Of a DNA stretch of 64,000 nt, positions 27,401 through 36,800 are shown one piece after another (the first letter of the stretch is position 1; each line of letters opens with the position of its first letter). The translations under genes and the position numbers were made by a program. The notes beneath the pieces were generated by a model, which saw nothing but the letters and a program-made list of their open reading frames with translations, searched no databases and was not told where the DNA came from. Source of the stretch: Raillietiella orientalis (Eukaryota); the NCBI GenBank assembly GCA_036172245.1, contig JAYWIR010000025.1:1-64000 (forward strand), read 5' to 3'.

Positions 27401-30400
27401 GCAGGACTGACCAAAATGATGTTTTCTCCTCCAGCGCGCCCCCTTGGAGTCCTCGAACCTTGCTGCAGGTGTCATAACCTGTGAGGCAGCGAGGTCCGCG
27501 ACGTCAAGGAAGAAACACGCATAAGAACACTCGGCCAAATCAAAAATGGCGTTTCACTTTTCACGCGTCAATAATAAAAATGCGGACGCATTTCCGTGGT
27601 CGTATTTTTCTCAGCGCGATCTCGTTCCCCCAGAAACAGTGAGAGCTTCTGCAACATAAATAATTATGTTGATCTCCTCGGCCGTCTGCGAAAGGGATCA
27701 ACTGGCAAAAGGATTTTTGGCCGCCGCGTGCAGTTGGAACCGGTGGCTCCGATGGAAAAGCTGGCGAAGGCTTACTTCAATATGCTCGGACGCGAATTTC
27801 CTTCCCCCAGATTCTTGGAGATTACAGTTTTCCAGAACCGTCGGAACACACAGTGTTTCCTCCAGACAAGAGGAAGGCACGAAAACTTCTTATATTAAAC
27901 GGGAACGGAAGTTTTGAGGCATCCTCAAAGCCCATGATGAGAGGTCCTTCGCAGCTGCTGATGAAACAGCGGTCACTCCCGAACTGCGTCAGAATTAGTG
28001 GCTTCTAATGAGGAATATCCAAGAGTAAAGACGATTTTTCTTTCCGGGAGGGAGAGAGAGAGGGAAGAAACTCATTTGGAGTAGCCTTAGACGTGAGCTC
28101 AGCGAGTTTGAAGCGATGCAGTTTTTCCATAGAGTATTTGGAAGAGGGAAGCACTCAGACGTAGATCCTAGTCAACGGGAGGATTTCATAGGAAGAATTC
28201 GCTTCCAGGTGGGCCCACCGCGAACTTCGGGATTCCAGTCATGAATCAAGGAGGACTCCAGGAAAAGTTCACCGTCGGACAGTTCAGCAAATTCCACCTT
28301 CAGGGAGAGAATTCTAGGAAGAGCAGATCGTGGGACAATCGCCGGGGCCACTTGAAAGAGACGGCAATCCCCGGCCTGCTGTGAAGCTGCTTTAGCAAGC
28401 TCAGCCCAAGTCAAAGATTCTCCCGCGGTGATGGATGCTGGCAGCGAGATGAGACTGCCAAAGTCCGCGCTGAGGGTTGGGCGAATTCCCGAACGTCGGA
28501 AGGGTGTCAGGCAGCCGTCCCGCCGAAGAGATGAAAGCTCGTTCATACCCCTGGACGCTGATCAGTGTTTTTGGATTTTGGAGCGGAAGGGAAAGGGGGG
28601 GAAGGGCAGCATGCTACGATCGGAACTCGGAGATTCTTCCGCCGCGAGCAGTCTGAGCCAAATCGCAGCACGCTGAGGCCGGACCCATCCACGACTCCCT
28701 ACTTTTGTTTTCCAAACTGAACTGGAAGACCAGACGAACGCCCTATTTTCTCGTGGGGATTGTCGTCGGGTGCGAACGGAACGGAATCCGGGAAAGGAGG
28801 ACCCTCAGTCGAGGCATCCCGAAGTCAAAATGGGAGCCACGGATCCACGCGTTGCATCCTGGGGTCGCAGCAGCGCCGAAAGCGTTCCCCGCTCGGATGT
28901 TCACGCTTCCCTCAGGATGCATCGAGAACATCAAGAACTTGTAGGTGATTGATGTTGGGATGAGGGCAGAGCTCTCGGGGCAGCAATCTGATCGGAGAAG
29001 ACGAAGGAAACCGAGAGGACGAAGAGAGAGAGGTTCCTCGAGTTTTCGCAGTCCGCATCCTTTCTGTCAGCAGCCTCTTTTCGACGCAGGGGTGGGGGTG
29101 GGTACGGACTGGCTATCGCTACCCCTGGAATTGGCAGCGTGGCCACTGATAAAAAAGGGAGAGATGGCTCCGTGGAATCGATCAAACCGTAGTGGACCAC
29201 AGCCAACGCGGGCCGAATGTTCTCGCCTGCGCTGGCCGCGGTCCCCGCGCGTGCCAAAGAAGCGTGGGTTTGAATCCCCATGCTGAGAATCCACGCCAAG
29301 AACGGGCAGTGCATCGTAGGTATCGAGTCCCCCCTCTCTCAGGAAGACGCTGGTTGGCCCACGGGATTCGAGTGCGGCACTAGTGGCAACCGAATGCTCC
29401 CGTTGACTCGCCGGGATCTCATGGAAGTTGACCCTCCGAGGTCCTTCCAGGAGCCCTCAGGGGTCGTGCAGTCGTGTACCATGGAGCTGGTTGAGACCTC
29501 TCCATAGTGTGAAGCGCGTTGCTCCCTTTGGAGAGCAACCCGCAGAGAAATCGGGAAACTTCCCTTCAGGGTTCTCTGCAGAGAGGAGGGAACAGAGGGC
29601 GGGTGACCTACGGAGAAGAAATTCCAGCAGTGGATCCTTTCTGGGTTCCCTAGGGAGAAGAAACGAGGAGCGACCCCTTCCGGGGATCCCTCCGGAGTGT
29701 GTAAGGAAAGGGTTCACTTCGGGGATCCTCCCCAAGAGTGAGAGGAACTGACCCCTTCCTTCGGAGGTGCTTCCTGAATTTATAGGGTGGTATCCCCTAA
29801 CTTGAAGAGTTGACACGCACCCTCGGGTGGCGTGAGCGGTGTCAGAGAGCTTCGTGAGCCCTGAGGCAGACGGTTCTTCAGCACTTGGAGATCCAAAAAG
29901 CAAAAAAAAAGGAAAATCAAACGAGCGTTTCGGGGGCAAAGAATGGGCGTCGGAATTTCGCTGCTCCAGAAATTCTAAAGCGAAAGAAATTCAGCTTTCA
30001 CACGCATCGTTGTGTTCCGTGTGTTCTCACTCATGCTGTTCGCATCCTAGACCCGCCGGAAATCGTCGTTGAGAAATACCAGCACGTCAGCAAGGACGCA
30101 CTGCTTGTCAACATCAGCTGCACCGTTCACTCGGCGCCTACAGCAACGGTGAGTAGACAGGCACCCCCCGTGGGGTTTCTCCCATGCTACTTTAGGTCCA
30201 CTGGTACCGGGACGGGAGGATGATAGTTGATGTGAACAGATCTCCTGTGGAAGATGGCTACAAGTACGTGCTCAGCTTCCACGTGCTGCGCGCCGAGCAC
30301 TTCGGCAACTACACCTGCGTGGCCACCAATAAACTGGGCACTGCCAGGAGTGTCGTCGAGTTTGTTGGTAAAGGACGACTTCTGATGGCCTGGAACCATC

Positions 30401-33400
30401 TACCAGCTTTCCCCGCCGCCATCTCCGGGCGAGTCTCACCATTTCGCAACTACCTTCCCTCGGACCAGTCATGTCACCCATGGCTTCCGTGGTGCACGAA
30501 GCACCTCACCTTCCAAAGTTTTTTTTTTTCCTTTTCTCCTGGAATCTGAGATGGTTCGTGTGGTCCAGAGAGCAGTTCGGAAATGGTGGCTCCCTTATCC
30601 TCACCCCAGAACCTTCCCGCATACCAAAAAAATCTAGGAATTCAGGAAACCGGTAGGGAGCAGCGCCGTAGATATTCCTCTTCCTCCTCCCAACGGAACG
30701 TCTTCCTGCGTCCACCGGAGGGGTGACCCCAAAGAGGAACGTGACAGAAAACTCCCAGCCTATTAGCCGAAGTACACTGCTCGCGGAAGGGTGCGGGGGG
30801 CCGCGGCGGTATCTTCTGTACATCCCGCTCGAATCTCATGACCAGCTGCTCGGATCCGCGAGCAGCCTCCAAGCTACGCTGCCGCTTTCCAAACCACCAG
30901 CTCCACCGACTTGAAGATATGGGAAGCGTCTGCCAGAAGAATTTCCTTCCCGAATTTCCCTTCGGCACGATTCCCCAGGAACCGGGAAGTCCTAATCCGG
31001 AAGGTGCAAACGGGATAGATCCGTCCCGGGCTCTTTGCACAAGATCAGTCTCCCTTGAAACGTTCAACGAGTTAAGGCTAAAAAAAGGGGGAAATACCTG
31101 CTTCTCTTTCTTTCTGCTACCTTGGAAACCCCAGTCTGCTAGCTGAAAAGCTGAGATTCACCACTCTTTGAGGGGGAACTCCCGATGTTCTCTGAAGGGT
31201 TCCCTCCATCTTCGTGAGTTTCAGGCTTGCCCGAAGTGGTGGAGGTTCGGATTGTCGGTGGAGCGGCCACAGCAACGTCGTCTTCCTTTCTATGGACTGT
31301 CTGCAGCTTATCTCCCATCATCGACTACCGGCTGCGGTTCCGCAAGGTGTTGACGAGCGATCGGTCGTTCCCGCTAGATCCCGAAGACATGGCGCTCAAG
31401 AATCCCGAAGCGGCCGACTGGAAGGAATACACCATTCCTTTCGAGCCTCACCACAGAGCTGCACAAAGGAACTCCACTTTCCACACGATGCCCGTCACCA
31501 TCAGGGAGCTGGATCCGGGGTCGCAGTACGTGGCCACCGTGCAAGCCAGAAACGGGTTCGGATGGAGCAAGCTCTCCCGCCTGTACCAGTTCGAAACTGC
31601 CGCCAACGGTGAGCACGAGGGTTGGGTGGGGTCAGGGAGGGAGGTTCCTCTCCACGGATGCCTTTTGGGTGCCGGACTGAGGTAACCCAGATAGGGCGTT
31701 TGTGCTGGACAGCAAATTCTTCTTGCGGTCTCATCTTTCTTCTTCTAACGGTGGCTCCTTCGTTTCAGATCCAATGAGCGAAGCCAGCCTCAGCATCTCC
31801 AACAGGAAGAACCGCTTGAAAACGTCTTCGGGCTCGGATGACGCTCGGTCTCGGGCTATGGTTGTCCTTTTGTGCTCTCTTATTCACGGTAAGCTGCTGG
31901 GAAATTAAGCGCATGATTCCGAGATGCGGCACCTTCGGGAGGTAACTCAATGAGACGGCTCCCTTCTTCGCATGTAGAATGAAACACAACACGCAAGGGC
32001 TAAAAAGGTACTTTGTCTATAGTTGTCTCTGCCGGGGACCGATTCGTGCCTTAGCGAAATTGGCAATTCCTTTCCTCTCCGACTCTTCATCTTGTTGTTA
32101 CAGGGAATCCTTGCTCTGTTCCTTTTGCATCTACTGGGCATAAGCCTTACCGTGCCCACACGCGTAGCTTTCTTTCCTACATCAGGGAGGAAGGGAAGCT
32201 CAAGAACACGTCGCTTTCATCAGTAGCCTTCGGCAGCTGTTCCTTCCGTTGTCATTCGAGCTTCAATCAACAGTGGGGGATCCAGCTTTCAGCTCGTCCG
32301 CAAAGCCTTCGTGCGCCTGCACGAATTCAGGTCTTCCTGCCTGCGCGTTTTCGAACACAATAAGAACTCGACCTCTTAACGGCGGACATACTGCAAGAGG
32401 ACTGGTAACCGACCTCTGCATCTTACCAAAGTAGCTCCGTGGAATTCAGAAGTCAGGGTTCCTCAAGAAAGGATTCTATCGAAAATTCCATGGCAGCACC
32501 GCTGCACGGGCTGAGAGCCGCTGGCACTGCAACGTGATGTCATGAACGACCAATCCAGAGCGCTGGAAGAACGCCTTGCAGAAGCAAGACTACCTGCCCC
32601 TTAGTAGCACAGGAGGGAAACCAGTCTTTCCGGATATACCAGTCGTGGAACTGGGGTGAACAAACCGGGCCCATCGAACTTCCAGAGGCCCTCCGTCTTC
32701 TCAAGACTCTCGCAGTAAAAAACTGCGTTTTTCCAGCTCCCAGATCTCCAAAAACATCTCGAAAACTCAAAGTGGCTAAGGATAAACACCGAAAGGGAAA
32801 GGAAAACGTCCACCGCCTTCCTGCTTATCTGATATCCTGAAGGCGGGGAAACAAAAAATTCTGTCTCGGGACGTGAAGTGTTTCAAAAAAAGTTAAGCAG
32901 CCTGGAATGGGTGGAAGGATGTTGGAAAGCTGCCACCATCACTGTGAGCATCCTCTCAAAGTAGACGTGGCTACGATTTCGGCAGCATACTTATTGTCCA
33001 GTGATCCTGACGTCACACGAAATTCAAGGCAGCTCTTTTGAGCAAGCAGCAGTGCTGCTCTGGATATATCCTTTAAGAAAGGTAAAAGAAAGGTGGTCAG
33101 CAAGGAAAAAGAAGCTGTGGTCGAAATTTTGCTTTCGCAACTGGTTTAACGATGTTCCTTATGCTTTGGGCTCCTGGAGACAAAGGACTGAGAGCATCTT
33201 CTCGGACAGCATGCAGAGTGTACACCGGAACATCTTCCACACTAGAATTCCACCTATTTCTTTTTGCTTCCGAGGAATAATCTCAAATGCCGTTAAGATC
33301 ATAGGGGAGCAAGAACCGTGAAGTGCAACATTGAATTTTTCGGTGGAAAGGCTTTCTATTCCGTCATCGTTCTTCGATGGAAGAAAAGTTGGAAAAAAAG

Positions 33401-33877
33401 AAAGGAAGAAAACAACAGCATCTTTGCTGAGTCTAATTGGGAAGACAGCAGAACTTCCGTTTCCCGAGTGTCGCTCTCGATAAGAGCTGTTTCAGGGTCC
33501 TCGGACTGGAACGTGGTCCCTTCTTTGCGGTGCCCTCCTCAGTCACATGAGAAACTGCCGTCTTCCATCTACGAATAAAAGTGCTGAATCCTCGGGCATG
33601 TCTTCTATCCGTCAAAAGCAAGAGGAGGATGGCAGTGCTTAACAGCGAAGGTCAAGGGAAAAAGATGATTATCGGAAATGCATTTGAGCGGCAAAATGAA
33701 GCATGAAATGCTGCTCTCTGGCTATGCTGCTTTTTGCTCCCCTATTCGCCTGCTTTGTCTTCATTTGGCTCTTACTCTAATGTGATTCGTGCTCAATGAG
33801 AGAAAGGTCAGAATTGCTCCTTCGTTCCCTCCTGTTTCTCTCTGTCAGGTTTCGTCATCTCGAGTTGGATTCTTTAG
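15341..33877 (+). CDS. Spliced gene for an IgSF cell-adhesion protein: 3 Ig + 1 FN3 + GPI-type tail (klingon/wrapper-like, related to lachesin/DIP/IgLON); 5'-partial
   Basis: join(15341..15436,23412..23621,23815..23936,25787..25937,30051..30148,30196..30367,31225..31608,31769..31888,33849..33877). All introns are GT..AG, phases 1,1,0,1,0,1,1,1 are mutually compatible, and the frame is open for about 460 aa. Three Ig C...W...YxC sets are present, plus an FN3 motif (W..YRL..LDPGSQY..VQARNGFGWS). The last exon is the least certain. Confidence 0.9.
22784..22844. repeat. Inverted repeat/hairpin, 28-bp arms, 5-nt loop
   Basis: Arms 22784-22811 and 22817-22844: 26/28 Watson-Crick pairs, one G-U and one C/U mismatch. 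Confidence 0.92.
23412..23621 (+). CDS. Exon, Ig1 C-terminal half (NESAIVWKKNDLLLSA...SDEGEYVCFVSLEEPVSYTYNLQIL)
   Basis: TTTTTCAG acceptor; GTACGT donor; C-strand W and DxGxYxC motif; phase 1-1. Confidence 0.93.
23737..23754. repeat. (TC)9 microsatellite in a 193-bp intron
   Basis: Read directly from the sequence. Confidence 0.85.
23815..23936 (+). CDS. Exon, Ig2 N-terminal half (VPPSIHPVPHDSRLFVEKGKTALMTCKASGVPEPQITWIRK)
   Basis: I-set CxAxGxPxPxIxW motif; TAG acceptor; weak donor AAG|GTTTTT; phase 1-0. Confidence 0.92.
25633..25668 (+). promoter_or_regulatory. Candidate recursive splice site (ratchet point) TTTTCAG|GTAAGC with upstream CTGAC branch point
   Basis: 3' and 5' splice consensus are juxtaposed at 25662/25663 on the sense strand inside intron 23937..25786. 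Confidence 0.45.
25787..25937 (+). CDS. Exon, Ig2 C-terminal half (NNLNPLLEELRKGPSLKIENIDRHKGGIYQCTATNGVGPPASALIDVEVL)
   Basis: GxYxCxAxNGVG motif typical of lachesin/DIP/klingon Ig2; AAG acceptor at 25786 is the phase-0 compatible one; donor GTAATT. Confidence 0.9.
29203..29288 (+). pseudogene. Degenerate tRNA-Leu-like element (pseudogene or tRNA-derived SINE head)
   Basis: GGCCGAATGTTCT ... CTGCG/CGCGG stem ... GCGTGGGTTTGAATCCC, in order and spacing resembling metazoan tRNA-Leu(CAG) as recalled; acceptor stem and anticodon loop are broken. Confidence 0.4.
30051..30148 (+). CDS. Exon, Ig3 N-terminal half (YPPEIVVEKYQHVSKDALLVNISCTVHSAPTAT)
   Basis: 'YPPEI' and CxVHxxP motifs; CCTAG acceptor; GTGAGT donor; phase 1-0. 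Confidence 0.92.
30196..30367 (+). CDS. Exon, Ig3 C-terminal half (VHWYRDG...EHFGNYTCVATNKLGTARSVVEFV)
   Basis: WYRDG and FGNYTCVATNxLG motifs; TTTAG acceptor; GTAAAG donor; phase 0-1. Confidence 0.93.
31225..31608 (+). CDS. Exon, fibronectin type III domain
   Basis: FLWTVCSLSPIIDYRLRFRK...WKEY...IRELDPGSQYVATVQARNGFGWS; TTTCAG acceptor; GTGAGC donor; phase 1-1. Confidence 0.93.
31769..31888 (+). CDS. Exon, Ser-rich stalk with candidate GPI omega region (…TSSGSDDARSRAMVVLLCSLIH); reads through to a stop at 31906-31908 if unspliced
   Basis: TTTCAG acceptor in phase 1; strong donor G|GTAAGC at 31889; small residues followed by a hydrophobic stretch. Confidence 0.8.
33849..33877 (+). CDS. Probable terminal coding exon (GFVISSWIL*) completing the GPI-signal tail
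   Basis: Long pyrimidine tract + CAG at 33848; phase-1 join with 31888 gives the uncharged terminus MVVLLCSLIHGFVISSWIL-stop. Confidence 0.55.
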
Positions 33878-36800
33878 AAAGTTTGAAAGTTTGAATCTCA
33901 AGTCGACCGCAGAACACATTGGAGTGCGTCGACTTAGCCCCTCGCACGCTCGGAGTGCGGATGATGTGGACTTTTTCATCCTCTTGCTCCCTTTCATCTC
34001 GTATCGTGTCGTCGTTGTGTTGCAGAGAAAATCTTCCCTGCGAACTGCTATCTACCTCAGCCTCTTTGATTTCTTTGATTTCTTCCTCTTTCTGGACCCG
34101 CTTCCAAGTTCCTTGCCTCTAATGCATTCGAAAATTTAGCGAGCGGGATCCGCTAAAACGCACTCCTCCGAGGAAGGCCTGTTTTTGCCCCGTCAATTCC
34201 GGGAATCCACAGCTGATTTCGGGCTTATCGATGCCATAATGAATGTCCGGGGATTTCTCTGTCATCCGATGAAATGGATCGAAATTTCATGATAATCACC
34301 GACCGACACCTGAGTGTCACGCATCCGGCTGCGTAGTGATGGTGGGCCTGAATCCAATTGCCGTTTGCTTTTTGGCAAAGCTATTGGCTCCTCACAAGAT
34401 GGTTCCTGCTGCAGCCACGCACCCCCGTTGACACCTTCCCATCCTTGGCGTTTTGAATGGCGTGATGGTCGCTGCTGAATGGATGAGTTTCGGAACAGGC
34501 GATTTGGAGTTCTTCCAAATCCCCTTAACCGGTCACTGATTTATCAGCGCTCTTTTCGGTCCCTGATCTCATCCCGAAGATCAGATTCGAAAAGTCTGCG
34601 TGATTTCTTACCGATTCAAATCCCTGAACTCTCGAGTGTTCTGTTTTGACTTCCGGTCGGCTCGAACCAATCAGCAGTTCTTTTCGACAGGCGCAAGTTC
34701 CTTTGATCACACGAAGAGACTGTCATAAACCATCGACATGGATTAAGATCATCTTCCCATCAGATATCCCGCAGGTCACTCACACAGGTCGCTGTGCAGT
34801 TTTACCTTTGAGATCTCAAGAGATGTTTGGGAACTCCAGATGTCGAAGTCGAAATTCGAGAATGTCGGTCATTTTCACTGATGAGGATTGTCATCACCTC
34901 TTGCACTGAACAAAAATCACAGCGGAAGTCATTCCAAGGACGTTCATAGCTCCCACATTCCTCCAGCACTTGGGTCCACTGCCACTCGTATCGCTGCATA
35001 AATTCGGAGTCTTGCATTTGTGTTTTCAGTGCCGTTCCAAGGGCTGCTAACAAGCAAAGAAGTTCTTCCTTCTTCGTGACTTTGAAAGTAGGCATTCCTC
35101 GAGGAGTTCGTTGCCCGTGTGTGGATTTATCTCTTCTGAATTTTTCAAGAGTATTCTTAAGAAAACTTCTTGGCTTGGAAAACAACCTTTCAACTCTCTT
35201 CACAAGAACAAGTTCTCTGCAAACAGTTCATTCCGAAAAAAGGCGACCAGAAGAGACGATGCAAACGGATACAAGCGTCTGGCCATTTTGCTTATCATGG
35301 GACGATTTAGCAGAATTTAAATTCAATCCCCTCAAAGAAAGCTTTCCCACTGAACTGCTAGATAGATGGGCCTCGATGGTCTCCATAGACCACGAAAGTA
35401 CATTTCAATGCACATAGGAGATCGTGCTGCGAGCAGGATCTTCCACGTGAAGAATGCCATCATTTGAAACACGGCTCTGAAAATTCCGAACAAATGAAAT
35501 TTACCTTAAACCCACGTATCCCAATGCATTTACATCATCGAGAGATGAGAGTCGCTGTTCGCATCATAGTTTTGCTGCTGAAGATGCACGCGAACCACAC
35601 GGAGCAAGGTCGGTGTGTAAACAACACGCATTTTGACTAGACGCGCGTCATTGAATGTCATCGTAAATGAATGACTGCGTTCAAATGGGGTTCGCGTTAC
35701 AAAAATGCTCCAGACATCTTACTGTTTTGCTGAGAACAGTTTTGGTGACCAAAACTGCTCCGGTGGACCCCGCATTTGGCGGCGATGGGACACTTGGATT
35801 CGTTCAAGCTGCTCATCATGAAGGCGCCCGGTTCCATGAGCTATCAGTTCGAAGAGCGCTGTCTGCCGACAACCGACGGACAGCTGAAATTCGTGGCAAG
35901 TGGGCAGGGCTTTCTCGTGGCTGAAGGGAAATAACCATTCTGGTGGAAAGCCATTTTCCATCAGATTCATTAGTGGCAAAAATTCAAATGACTTCAAATC
36001 AGCAATGCATTTGACCAACACCCTTTTGGAGCCACTTTAAAAATCCCATCTTCTACTTTGCTTGTGTTGGTTCTTCCCTTTGGGCAGCGAGAATCCATAG
36101 GGAAGGCATTGCTCGGCTGCAATTCCACTTTATGTTTTCCAATCTACTGTGTATTTAGAATGCTTTTAAAACGCTCTTGCTCTTGTTTCCTTCAACCTAG
36201 ATTCTGCTCTAAATAGTGCTAAGGAAGATCGTTTTGTAGAATGCAGATCGATCTATAACATAATTTGAATTATCCAAACACTCTGGCCATGTCCATCCAG
36301 TCCATCACTCTTTCCGCAAGTGACCTCACGATCTTTGCTTGACAGTAAGCTTTGAAAGCGTCTCAAAATCTCCCTTCTCGCGTTTCTAGTTGATCCAATG
36401 GAATCGGATGACACATTCCTTCTTCGAAAAACACTTCCTTGAAAATTCCAGCATTGATTGTGCCACTGGTTGTCATCACTGGTGGTCATCATGCTTGCAC
36501 GTATCTGAAACGACTCCGACCTCGAATCTTTGCTGCAAGAATTGCTACTACGTGCAATCAACAGCTGCTTGCGAGACCTCTTTTGTAGCATCCTTCGGTA
36601 TTATCTCTTCCTGTTAAGGAACGAGCAATTTCTCATGGGATATGTACGTTCTCTCCGTTTCGGTGTTTCGCTTAAAGATTCCTTTCTGGCACTCGGACAG
36701 AATGGTAGAGGAAAGAAGAACATCACTTGTGATTGATCAGCAAAGCTGCCGTAGAGAAAAGCGAAAAGCAGACCAGAACTGCTTGCCCTCACCAGCGATT

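Noticed and set aside
31348..31378. Possible 31-nt GT..AG mini-intron in the FN3 exon
   Set aside because: Removing it would shift the frame and destroy the downstream FN3 motifs
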